A DNA stretch of 63,896 bases, the filler included, from Salisapilia sapeloensis CBS 127946 (lineage: Eukaryota > Protista > Oomycota): the NCBI GenBank assembly GCA_023334545.1. It is 10 parts of 10 records of this genome, joined end to end, with 100 filler letters (N's around TTAATTAATTAA, not from the genome) between each part and the next. Parts side by side here need not be neighbours in the genome. Positions count along the whole stretch, not along the records: positions 11,352 to 13,405 come from JAADVB010000972.1; positions 13,506 to 33,284 come from JAADVB010000307.1; 8 more parts are not named here. One strand, written 5' to 3'. A model generated the notes under the pieces. The model was not told the origin of the DNA and ran no database searches. It saw only the letters and a list, made by a program, of their open reading frames with translations. The position numbers were made by a program, and so were the translations under genes. Below, piece by piece: positions 11,252 to 22,265 of the stretch (position 1 is its first letter; every line of letters starts with the position of its first letter).

Positions 11252-12479
11252 NNNNNNNNNNNNNNNNNNNNNNNNNNNNNNNNNNNNNNNNNNNNTTAAT
11301 TAATTAANNNNNNNNNNNNNNNNNNNNNNNNNNNNNNNNNNNNNNNNNNNNATGATCGATTTAGTGGGGGTAGAACCCAACAGATTGGTCAGGAGGGGCT
11401 TCATGTTGAAGTTATGTTGAAGTTTATACTTTGGTGAAGAATCTAGTTGTCCGCATCTTCCACGTTTGTGCGGTACTTCCGTAAGCTTCCAAGTCTTCGT
11501 TTAGCTACTTCACGACACCATCTATACATACGTGGTGCCGATGCATCTAGAGATGCGTGTCCAGGTTCTTTTATTCAAGCTTGAAGCATCTAGAAAATCT
11601 GGATAAACGTCTTTCATTTCTTCTTCTATAGTCATCTTTTGTGAGGATTCAGAGTATCACCTGACGCGACATACACGATATACATGGTCTAGAACTCTAG
11701 AGAACACTCTGAAACGCTTTATTTGGGCTATATATCGTCGTATTTCTTACGTAGTTCATTGAGCTTTATTTGGGCGGCCTATCTTCTTTGTACCCTCTGT
11801 AGTCGACTTTAGACGAAATACCTAATGTGTTTGAGGGCTCCGGTGGGGAGTATGTAGTAAAGCTTTATCATGAAGGACTAGCCGAAGGATAGATTTTATA
11901 GAATTATAAATGCACAAGGTAGTGGAAGAAAATAGGAAGGTATGTCGACGAAGTGAGGTAGTGGTTTTGTTTCGTACTTTAGCTTCGTTTACAGACTACG
12001 AATGTACTTTGAGCAAAATGAATTGGTCGCATTGAAAGCAAGAAAAGTTTTCTTTTTTATCGACGAGTTGTTTAGAAGTCCTCGCCACAAATGAGAGTGA
12101 AAAAAGGAAAGAAAGAAAAGAAAATGATACTCCTAGAGATCGTCACCCGGACGAATTTGGATGACTTGACGCCATTGGTGTCCGTAGTTCTGGAAAGACG
12201 ACGTAGATACAGACAGTGATCTAGTACCTTGCAGACACACCGTATAAGGGTCAAACAGAAAGACAATATCGAGTTCTACATGCATACGAGATACGAGTAG
12301 AATACAAGAAAAGGTAGGATGACGAAAGATACGACAGCGCTAATACGGAGAAGTGAAGTCCAGAGAAAGAACCATCTTTGAGATAAGCAGACATGAGTTT
12401 GAAACCTGCTTCGTAGGCGGTGTCACGGAGGCATCGTGGCCATCTAGTGGTATGCGAATTGGTAGTGGAGAAGGCCGAT

Positions 12480-13270
12480 AAGGGTGGTTTCGTAGGCAAG
12501 TAAGAAGGATGTTGTGAGCAAAGGTTGGTGGCTTTGCTGATTTGGAGGCTTTGTGGTATGGGTTGTAGGTTTTGGGAGTATTCTATTATTGATAGTATGG
12601 ATTGTATTGATAGTATGGATTGAAGGTGTATGTAGGATGAGAAAGCAGACAGACAGGCAGACAGGCAGGCAGAAGTGTGGAAGAGGTGCAGTAGGCGATA
12701 ATGTGGTTGGTTGGCGTCCGTAGAAGTGTGTGTGTTTGTTGCAATGGAAATGACATGTAAGCGTGGATGATAGGTGTTGATGTGGAGTAGTGTTGTGTCG
12801 AATTTGTATTGATGATAGAGTGACTGTTGATGAAGATGGTGGAGTGTGTATCACTAAGACCAAGTAGAGGAGGGCAGGTTATAATAATGTGGTATGATGA
12901 TGCGAAGTACGAATGTGTGGTGTTTGTGGATGCGTCGATGTGGTGTGGTATGATGTTTGGTGTGCATATGTGTGGAAGAAGGAGGAAGTGAAGTGAATGT
13001 GTGTGTCTATTAGGTAGTAGTATATGTAGTTGTTTGGTAGTGTGGAAGGTCTAGATAGATGATGCGGAAGGTAGTGCATTGATATGGTGTGGTTATAGTT
13101 GTTGAAGAGTGGAAGTAGTTTGGAAGTATGGTGTAGATGTCAAGCATAGAGTAGTATGATGAAAGAGTATGTGTAGGTGGAAGTAGTGTGTGTGAAGTAG
13201 ATTGATAGGGTGATAGGGTTTGTGACCCTATTGGAGGTAGAAGGTTATAGGTTATAGGTTAGGGTTTAGT
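12480..13270. repeat. Non-coding G/T-skewed low-complexity tract ending in telomere-like 7-mers
   Basis: Hand count of about 43 C in 780 nt on the + strand. 18-bp tandem duplication at 12587-12622. (GGTTATA)2-GGTTAGGGTTTAG at 13243-13269. Confidence 0.6.
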
Positions 13271-13855
13271 ATCGGTCTGGTGAGAAAACTAGGCCGTTTT
13301 TGACTTTGCTTTCACATTTGTCGGAAAGAAGACGACAATTCATCCGTGATGACAAAAATCCAGACTCCGAGAAGTTGATCTGACGGAGGTACAGGTCGGC
13401 AAAGANNNNNNNNNNNNNNNNNNNNNNNNNNNNNNNNNNNNNNNNNNNNTTAATTAATTAANNNNNNNNNNNNNNNNNNNNNNNNNNNNNNNNNNNNNNN
13501 NNNNNACCTCCATCCTGCCTCGACACGATGCCCTCCTAGACTAAAGTGAACGCCAACAAGCCTAATCCGAGCAATCGTTTCGTTGTTGACTAGCGTGTCA
13601 ACTCCGACGCAAGTACCTACTCTTTGTAGCGATAAAGGTACATCCCCTTCCTACAGACCGCGTATATAGCTATAAATGCACATGGAAACGTGGTTGAAAA
13701 ACTGATAAGGGTACTTTTAAATATATGAAGATTCGAAGGACCGGTATCTTGCAGATGAGAAGAGCAATGTTGTAAGTGATGCTAATATTTGTTTAAATTG
13801 GATAAGAATGCTTGTATATGTTTAGTTGATATGAGTAGAATCGGCATGAAGTCTC

Positions 13856-15847
13856 CTACAAGCAAGTAGTAGCCCCGCTCGTGCTGATGAAGCTTAGTTG
13901 TTCTTCGCCTTCACCTCGTTCCGTACTGCCTGAGCGTTCTCCGTTCTCTTCGGTCTTTCGTAAAGCTGTTTCTTCTTTCTTCAAGTTCATCTTGATGGTA
14001 ACGAGGAAAACGATACCTGCCAACCCAATTACGCCTGAAATTATAAGCGCCCATCCAACGAAGGTTTGTGCGTCCTTTGTATCATTGTCCATGCTGCTAG
14101 TATTAATGATAGATTGCATCCGACGTGATAAACTTCCTTTCAGCTTCGTAATACTTTGAAATTGAATGTCAGACCCAAGGCTCTCCGTTGAGGCAATAGA
14201 ATCACACGGCATGAGATGAGTAGACTGTGGCGTCTCGATGATATTGCACTCTCTGCAAGCAATTGCATCGGCAAGACATCCAATACCACCTTCACTGCAA
14301 GAAACATCCGAGATCAGTGAGATGCCGAGTTTTGCTGATGTCTCATCTACTGACTTTTCGCACGCGAATGGAATGGCTTCCTCATGAGTCCATGGGTTCA
14401 ACCCACCACTGCCGGTCAACATCTCCCCTTCTAGTTTCTCCATCTCAACGAATTGAATATCTGTACCAATCTCCTCTGAGCCATCGAACTCCTCGCATGG
14501 GATGTATGCTTTTGAAACGAATGTCTCTTTAGCTTGGCAAAAGCGGCAAGAAGATCCGATGCATCCAATGCCTCCTTCGACGCACCTCACATCGGAAACT
14601 ATATCCAGTCCAACATTTGCATCACCACTTGACACGGTCTTTTCACATGTAAATTCGATAGCATAATCCGAGTCGACAGCACTTTGTTGTCCAAGACCAA
14701 AGCTTCCGTCGAGCTTGCCGATCGGAGTAAAGTTAATATCTAGCCCAAGGTCTGGTGGTGGGATATTTCCACACCACATCAGATGAGCGGACTGCTGGGT
14801 GTCTACTGTCTTGCATAAGCGACATACTGAATCCAGACACCCGGTACCGCCTTCTACACACCCAATATCAGATGTGACATCAATGCCCAATTGACGGTCA
14901 GCATCGTTGCCGGACCGATCACATACGAGCTTGATCGCACCAGAAGATGCGCTAGGAGGAGGTGTAGACATAGGCGCCGTCGGAGGTGGAGTCGGAGAGT
15001 CTGCAGGCTCAATGTCGTCACAGTGCATAAAATGATTCGACTGCGGAGTTTCATCAAATTTACAGTAACGACAGAAGTCGTTCTTGCATCCTAAGCCTCC
15101 AAGCTCGCATGTGGTGTCCGTGACAAGATCAATACCGAGATTGTATTCTGCATCTGACACTGTCTCGTCGCACACCTCTGCTGACTGTACATTAGCAATT
15201 TCCATGTCATGGCATGGATCCAAGTCCGCATAATCGGCAGTAGAAGTGGCTCGACAACGACGGCAAATCGGACTCACACATCCGCGCCCTCCGGCTTGGC
15301 AGCCATAATCCGTAACAGCCTTCACGCCATCTTGCGCTTCCTTCCTACTGACAGTATACTCGCAAGTGAGTTCGGTCGCACTCCCACCTTTCGGAACATA
15401 CGGTAGCTCTTTAACATTCTCCTTAGCAACACCGCAGCTTAGAAGATAGGAGCTGTCGAATGAATCTCCGTTACCACACGAGCGGCAATTGGCGGTAATG
15501 CAACCGAGACCTCCTCTTTGACAACTTGGATCCTCAATTACTTCAATATTGTCTTCACTATTGTCATCAAATACTTGACATTCGCTAGCGTTGTCGTCTT
15601 CGATGTCGATTGAACTAGTCATCGCACCCTGGCACTCTGGTAACTTGGATGACTCTTCGGTGTCTTTAAATCGACATGCTCGGCAGATGGTTGTCAAACA
15701 GCCAGAAGCACCTACGCGGCATGCCTTGTCCGTTGCAAAGGTGATTCCATTATCCAAATCTCGTTTAGCAGCATATAGATCACAAGAGTCGTCTTGAGCA
15801 AATACAGATACTGCGCTCACAATCAAAGCAGTGAACAGTGTCTTCAT
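13856..15847 (-). CDS. Type I membrane protein with seven 6-Cys repeats
   Basis: Signal peptide MKTLFTALIVSAVSVFA. Seven modules of the form C-x~20-C-xxGGxGC-x4-6-CRxC-x13-C. TM helix FVGWALIISGVIGLAGIVFLVTI followed by a short cytosolic tail. Confidence 0.85.
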   Translation of the reverse strand: MKTLFTALIVSAVSVFAQDDSCDLYAAKRDLDNGITFATDKACRVGASGCLTTICRACRFKDTEESSKLPECQGAMTSSIDIEDDNASECQVFDDNSEDNIEVIEDPSCQRGGLGCITANCRSCGNGDSFDSSYLLSCGVAKENVKELPYVPKGGSATELTCEYTVSRKEAQDGVKAVTDYGCQAGGRGCVSPICRRCRATSTADYADLDPCHDMEIANVQSAEVCDETVSDAEYNLGIDLVTDTTCELGGLGCKNDFCRYCKFDETPQSNHFMHCDDIEPADSPTPPPTAPMSTPPPSASSGAIKLVCDRSGNDADRQLGIDVTSDIGCVEGGTGCLDSVCRLCKTVDTQQSAHLMWCGNIPPPDLGLDINFTPIGKLDGSFGLGQQSAVDSDYAIEFTCEKTVSSGDANVGLDIVSDVRCVEGGIGCIGSSCRFCQAKETFVSKAYIPCEEFDGSEEIGTDIQFVEMEKLEGEMLTGSGGLNPWTHEEAIPFACEKSVDETSAKLGISLISDVSCSEGGIGCLADAIACRECNIIETPQSTHLMPCDSIASTESLGSDIQFQSITKLKGSLSRRMQSIINTSSMDNDTKDAQTFVGWALIISGVIGLAGIVFLVTIKMNLKKEETALRKTEENGERSGSTERGEGEEQLSFISTSGATTCL

Positions 15848-16237
15848 CGATGCGTCTTTCGTATAAAGGAAGTTGGTCTGTACGCTTTGCTGATAAAGTA
15901 CAAATGGTTCTCGTCCGACATCCTTTGCGCTCAAAATCAGTCCGTTAGACCTGCCATTTCAAAACGACTGCACATGCGATGCTATTTCTAAATGTAAACT
16001 GTTCAGAAAAAGTAGAGAAATCAAATTGCGGGAACCTTCATCGAGCTCACAATCTCAACAATCTTTTTCATATCCGTTGCAACCTGCATATTGATCCTGT
16101 GCCTGCATGCTGCATCGCATAAAGGTCCTACGAAAAGTAATCCTGTTTATATGAATTATACTCTTCCTAACCAACAAAACATCTCTTATACACAAGTTAC
16201 ATCTATCTTTGAATTTGTAGGCGACGAAAACAACAAA

Positions 16238-16996
16238 ATGGCGGACGATTCGATGTCGGCGTCTGCGCCACTGAAGACGGAGGATACACCGCCGAATGAG
16301 ACGTTATACGTGAAGAATTTGAACGATAAGATTAAGCATGACCGAATGAAGGATTCTTTGTACTCGGCGTTCTCGCAGCACGGCAAGATCCTTGAAATCA
16401 CCGTCGGACGATGCCGACGACTACGAGGCCAAGCTTGGATCACTTTCGACGACATCACTAGCGCCTCGAATGCTTTGCGTGCAACGAATGGCACAATTAT
16501 ATTCGAAAAACCTGCTGGCGTGCACTTTGCCAAGGAAAAAGCGGATATCATAGCCCAACGAGAGGGCACGTTCGTCCCTCGAGAGAAGAGGAAGCGAGAG
16601 AAAGTCAAGCCAGAGACTGCACCCAAGCCTAAGAAGCCGAACAAGAACGATAGCAATGGGGCTAAGCACGAAGGAGCTCCACCTCCACCTCCGCCACAGC
16701 AGAATGCACCGAACAAAATTTTGTTCTTGCAAGAGCTGCCTGAGTCTTGTAACCAGGAGATGCTAAACGTCTTGTTCAAGCAGTACCATGGATTCAAGGT
16801 ACGTCCATCCCATCCTTTTCTTACTTGTATCCTATTTCTCATTGTATCTTAGGAAGTGCGTATGGTGCCTGGTAAAGCCAGCCTGGCGTTCGTCGAGTTT
16901 GAGGATGAAGCACAGGCTTCGATTGCATTGCAAGGTCTCCATGGCTTCAAGCTCACGCCAACGGATGCGCTGCAGGTCTCTTTTGCCAAGAAATAA
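16238..16996 (+). CDS. SNRPA: U1A/U2B''-family snRNP protein (two RRMs), intron 16799-16852
   Basis: PPNETLYVKNLNDKIK...LRGQAWITF, then PNKILFLQELPESCNQEMLNVLFKQYHGFK|EVRMVPGKASLAFVEF...SFAKK. Confidence 0.9.
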
Positions 16997-17104
16997 ACCC
17001 ATCTTTTCTTCGTCTCGATTTAATACCCATTTTCCAACGTGTCCTATAATTCCATTGACAAATACCCATATCCACACAACGAGACTGGGAGTACGCGATC
17101 GAGA

Positions 17105-19084
17105 ATGGCAGCGACAGGGCCCAAGGCGCTTGATGCGCGTGTGATGGCGCTTTCTGAAAACACCCCTGAGATGCTTGAGAAGCACAAACAAGTGACCAAT
17201 GGCAAGATCCGCACGCGATTCCCACCAGAGCCCAATGGGTACCTCCATATCGGTCATGCCAAGTCCATGCACATGAACTTTTGTGAAGCATTCGACAAGC
17301 TGGGTATCCCTGAAGACAAACGCGAGACTATCTTTCGCTACGATGATACTAATCCAGAGGCTGAGAGCCCCGAGTACATTGCAGCCATCCGAGCGACGAT
17401 TGACTGGCTCGGGTACACGCCAGCCAAGACCACGTACAGCTCCGACTACTTTGACCAGCTCTACGAACTAGCGCTCAAGCTTATTCGCAAGGGCAGAGCG
17501 TACGTCTGTCATCAATCCAAGAGTGAGATTGAAGCCTCTCGTCTCGCTCTCCAGCAATTTCACTCGTCTCCAGGCGAGAAGAAAGCGGAGGATGTGCCGG
17601 AAGAGTGCAAATCGCCCTACCGCAGTCGATCAGTGGAAGAAAATTTGCATGAATTTGAAAAGATGCGTATTGGATACTATGGCGAAGGCGAGGCGAGTCT
17701 ACGTATGAAGATGGAGCTCCAGTCTCCGAATCCGAATATGTGGGATCATGTCGCGTATCGAATTAAATTCCTACCGCATCCACACATTGGTCGCAAGTGG
17801 TGCATCTACCCGACGTACGACTACACGCACTGCACCGTCGATGCGTTAGAACACGTAGACTACTCGATCTGTACGCTCGAGTTCGAGACACGACGTGAGT
17901 CCTACTACTGGCTCTTGGACCAACTTGAGTTGTTCAAGCCGAAGGTGTACGAGTTTGCTCGTCTATCGATCACACACACCGTCCTGTCCAAGCGAAAGCT
18001 CTTGAAACTCGTTACCAGCGGCACTGTCCGTGGTTGGGATGATCCGCGCTTAGGCACGTTGAACGGTCTTCGTCGTCGAGGCTTCACGCCCGAAATTATC
18101 AAGCAGTTTTGTAAGGACATTGGCGTCACGCGCGTTCAATCCAACATTCAGGTCGAACGCTTTCATTCCGTCGCGCGAACAGTCCTTGGCGACTCATCCA
18201 AGCGTGTCATGGCAGTGCTCGAACCGATTGAGCTCGAGATCTCCAACTTTGCCGATATCCCTAAGGCAGACTTGGATCGATCTGCTCCGGACTACCCACA
18301 GCACCCGGAAAAGACGGACAGTCACATTGTGCCTCTCACCAAGTCTGTCTACGTGGACGCCAGTGACGTGAAAGAGAGCGACTCGGCCGACTTCTTCGGG
18401 CTTGCGCCAGGCAAAGAGGTTCGTCTCAAGTACGCTTTTAACTTCACGTGCGATTCTGTCGAGAGTGCGAATGGCAAGATCCGAAAGGTTATCGGTCGGT
18501 TGGACACGTCGAGTGAGACTAAGCCGAAGGGTACAATCTCGTGGGTCCCCTCCAACTCGCCATCGTTTGAAGCACGCGTGTACCACCATTTATTCAAAAC
18601 CCCGGAGCTTCCGTCTGGTGCAGAAGACTGGATGCAGTTTGTCGACACGGAAACATCGGAGAAAGTGTACAAACAAGCCAAGATGGACCCTGCGTCCATG
18701 AAGAGTGTCGTGGATAATGAACCAGTGCAGATCGAACGATTTGGATACTTTGTTACGGACAATGTCGACTCGACTGGTAAGCGCAAGGTGCTAAACCAGA
18801 TCGTTGCGCTTCGTGAAGCCTCGAGTCTAGCGGCGCAGCATGATAACAAGGGTGAGAGTCGGAAGCAGGCGCAGATGGAGCAGCTGGCGGCCAAGATGGA
18901 GAAGATGAAGCTCGCGCCAGAAGACATGTTCCGCCAGTCGGACGCGTACTCGGCGTTTGATGCCACGGGTCTGCCGACGCACGGCAAGGATGGTACTCCG
19001 TTGACGAAGAACCAGATCAAGAAGTTGAAGAAGGAGCAGGACAAGCAGCGGAAACTTCACGAAAGCTACTTGGCCGGCAAGTAG
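17105..19084 (+). CDS. QARS: Glutaminyl-tRNA synthetase
   Basis: TRFPPEPNGYLHIGHAK, WCIYPTYDY, SICTLEF, VLSKRKL, GWDDPRL and QIERFGYF. No long N-terminal domain; has a C-terminal extension. Confidence 0.95.
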   Translation: MAATGPKALDARVMALSENTPEMLEKHKQVTNGKIRTRFPPEPNGYLHIGHAKSMHMNFCEAFDKLGIPEDKRETIFRYDDTNPEAESPEYIAAIRATIDWLGYTPAKTTYSSDYFDQLYELALKLIRKGRAYVCHQSKSEIEASRLALQQFHSSPGEKKAEDVPEECKSPYRSRSVEENLHEFEKMRIGYYGEGEASLRMKMELQSPNPNMWDHVAYRIKFLPHPHIGRKWCIYPTYDYTHCTVDALEHVDYSICTLEFETRRESYYWLLDQLELFKPKVYEFARLSITHTVLSKRKLLKLVTSGTVRGWDDPRLGTLNGLRRRGFTPEIIKQFCKDIGVTRVQSNIQVERFHSVARTVLGDSSKRVMAVLEPIELEISNFADIPKADLDRSAPDYPQHPEKTDSHIVPLTKSVYVDASDVKESDSADFFGLAPGKEVRLKYAFNFTCDSVESANGKIRKVIGRLDTSSETKPKGTISWVPSNSPSFEARVYHHLFKTPELPSGAEDWMQFVDTETSEKVYKQAKMDPASMKSVVDNEPVQIERFGYFVTDNVDSTGKRKVLNQIVALREASSLAAQHDNKGESRKQAQMEQLAAKMEKMKLAPEDMFRQSDAYSAFDATGLPTHGKDGTPLTKNQIKKLKKEQDKQRKLHESYLAGK

Positions 19085-19816
19085 AATGATTTGCACTTGG
19101 CGGTGTCGTCTGCACTTATGAGTTTCGAGTAGTTATCACAGCTGCACAAGTAGCTCCGATATAACTGCATACCGTTTCAATAAACGGCTTGAGACGTCTG
19201 AATCTCCATTGTCTTGTAGTAATCGAAGTTTTCAAGTTGTTGGTAGGAACAGAGCATTCCATTTGGGAGATACTGGAGGTACCTTCGCAAGATTGTCGAC
19301 ACGCATGATTCGATCTGATTAGAGTACCATTAAGGACATTGTCGAAAGGTAGCAGTTTTAATTATAAAACGATGTAGACGTTATCTTGGTCGTAGGTCGT
19401 GAAGAAAAAGTGAAACGATCTAAAGTCGAAAAGCTCATTCTGAGTATTGCCACCGTAGATCGTGGTCAAGCGACCATGCGATCCTGTACGCTATGTCGAG
19501 ACTTTTGGCTAATCTTATGGCTTCCGAGATGCTTTCTCCTGTCTAGACTACTTATATCAACTAGTAAAACTGCATGCATCGAACCGAGCGTGGAGGAAAC
19601 ACGCATAGCGAGGACCATCTTATCCACACAACTATTGTAGACCAAGCGTCAAATGGGTTACGTTTTGTGGTACTTCGTGTTTTTAGGGGAAGCGACTCGA
19701 GTCAAGCAACACGAAAAAAAGATGGCTACCTTTTCGTCCAATCAAGACGAATGGGTCAGGCACTCGATGAAACTATGCGGCATCTCCCACATAGCAAGCA
19801 CCTCGCACACCAAAAC

Positions 19817-20263
19817 ATGGCCGCCGAGCCGCCGCATCAGGACCGTCGGACTCGACGGTCAGAGAAAACGCCGTTGGTCAGGAAGGAGAGTAAGCATAAA
19901 GTGAACGAAGAAAAGTATCCGCTGCCGTGGTTCGGCAGTCCAGACGTGCATCACAGTCGGAGTGAAAAGGAGCTATCGGCTTCCAGACGACATCGATCAT
20001 CCCCCGACCGAGTGCACAAAACGACGTGGGTGCAGCTTTTATGTTGCTCCGACGGCTCGACTCTCTCACCAGACTTTGAAGCTGGTGAAGGGCCTCTAAG
20101 TATTACTGAAGGCGGTGACGGCATCCGGCGCTTCGTTCAGCTTCTTGTAGGTATCCTGCTCGTCTTCGCAGGCGCCTTCATCGTTTACATACTATTACAC
20201 CCATTAGCAGAGCCACAGTACAACGCTCAGTCTACCATCCCTATAGCCGACCATTCTACATAG
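19817..20263 (+). CDS. Small protein with one C-terminal TM helix, unknown function
   Basis: Charged N-terminus followed by FVQLLVGILLVFAGAFIVYILL. Confidence 0.55.
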   Translation: MAAEPPHQDRRTRRSEKTPLVRKESKHKVNEEKYPLPWFGSPDVHHSRSEKELSASRRHRSSPDRVHKTTWVQLLCCSDGSTLSPDFEAGEGPLSITEGGDGIRRFVQLLVGILLVFAGAFIVYILLHPLAEPQYNAQSTIPIADHST

Positions 20264-20423
20264 TCATAGCTTCCGTCAATAAACGCCGTTTATCGCATGT
20301 TCATTCGTTTTTGAAGTTTCCGTGGCATATCATAGAAATTACGCGTCTATTGATATTTGTATGTGGTCGTTCGTGGTCAACAAAAAGGCACGAAAGTCTC
20401 GAGATCGCCTCTAAGTCGGCGTC

Positions 20424-22188
20424 ATGGCCTTTTCATTCGGCGCCACCACCAGTGCACCAGCCTCTGGTACGTTCTATGCTACTACATACCTTTCTAAGCG
20501 CCTATCCTTATGTCTTGAATGGTCATATAGGCGGATTTTCATTTAATTCAGGTGCAAACGCGTCGACCACTACCTCCCAAGCAGGGACTGGTGGGGGATT
20601 TAGCTTTGGCGGCGGCAATTCCACGCCAGCCGCCTCTTCTGGCTTTGGATTTGGATTTGGTGGAAACACAGCGTCCACAGCCAATACGTCGACCGGATCG
20701 TCAGCCTTTGTAACACCCACGCCGACACGCTCGACCGGTTTTGGCTTTGGAGCATCTACCAGCCAGCCTGCTTCTTCCGGATTCGGCTTTGGAGCATCCA
20801 CTAGCCAAACTTCCTCCTCTGGCTTTGGCTTTGGAGCGTCGACTAGTCAGCCAGCCTCTTCCGGCTTCGGCTTTGGGACTAATACGACGCAACCTGCGTC
20901 CTCTGGTTTTGGCTTTGGAGCTACGACGAATCAGCCAGCGTCCACCGGATTCGGATTTGGTGCAGCTCCGAACACTGGATCGAGTCTCTTTGGTGGGAAC
21001 AACACACAACAGACGAATACAGGCTTTGGTGGCTTCAACACACAACAGCAGACAGGTACAGGCTTTGGCTTCAGCAACAACCAGCAGCTTGCAGCTCCAA
21101 AGCCTCAGATCACACTTGACACGACGTTTGAATCCCTCCCGGATGACGTGAAACGCAACGTCATCGAGTTCCACAAGTACTTGAAAGAGGCGGATCAATC
21201 CGATACGCTCCTTCGCTCTGCGTCTTCCGAGCCACTACACAAACTGCGAGAAAATATGGACGACCTAGAGCAACAGGTCCTTCGTCGGCGTAATGCTAGT
21301 GACAGACAGCAGGCCTCCGTCCACGCCGTCCGGAAGGACGTCAAGCACCTCTTAAAGGTGGTCGACAGTGCGTCCTTAACCACTCGGACGCTAGACGGCA
21401 CAGCGACATCTCAGCTGTACAACATCATGCGCAAGGTCGAGCAGCCATCGTCCTATTACTGGGATTTACTCGACCAGTACGAAGCTCGGATGCTGTCTAT
21501 CAAAGGTCAGATCGAGAGCATCGAAGCGCAGCTCACTCCCTTGTCTGCCACGTCCCTCCACCCCACCCGTCTGCAGGACATTATGAAAAGCCAGAACGCA
21601 GCGTTGCTACAAGCTGCTGCGAAGATCGCGCAGGTGCATGAAGAAGCAGAGGAGCTCCGAGCCGCCTTTTTAAAACGAATGAAGTCCGAGTTGGAAAAGA
21701 GTGGCGATGCGAACGCTGCGAAGCTCATGAAGAACCCGTTCGATAGGCGGAAGAAGGGACCGCAGAGCGAAGAGGACATTCGCCACGCCATCGATAAGAT
21801 CCGATTCCGAACCAACGTCGCGCCCAAGATCGCGAATAGCACTCCGCAGCCTGCTCCTACCGGTACGCCTGCTTTGACGAACGGTGCAGCTCCTGCCTCT
21901 TCCTTTAGCTTCCAGAGTCAGACACCTAATGCCACGTCTGCCTTTGGTGCTACCACTCCAGCTGCATCGAGTGCAGCATCGAGTGCGGCACCAAGCTCTG
22001 GCTTTGGCTTTGGCGCATCGTCCACTACGCCATCGACGAACTCTTTGACGTTTGCCACGACGACGACATCGCAGCCAGGCGCGACGTCGAGCTTTGTCAA
22101 CTCTTCGTTTATGGCAGGAGACAAGCGGACAGCCGAGACAAGTCAAGAGTCGAATAAACGACCGAACGGACGTAAGAAGCGTCTTTAA
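20424..22188 (+). CDS. NUP58: FG nucleoporin, Nup58/Nup49-like, intron ~20467-20530
   Basis: N-terminal SSGFGFG repeats, a central coiled coil starting TTFESLPDDVK, and C-terminal FG repeats. Confidence 0.8.
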
Positions 22189-22265
22189 TACAAACGAACT
22201 TTGGAAAGAAAAAGAGAGATGCATGTAGTGTACCTCGGTAGGTAAAAAAGGAAAAGAAAGAGAGC

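Noticed and set aside
16920-17100. Possible U1A autoregulatory AUUGCAC element in or after the U1A gene
   Set aside because: Only near-matches (ATTGCATTGCA in the CDS, ATTGAC in the 3' region), with no paired-loop structure.
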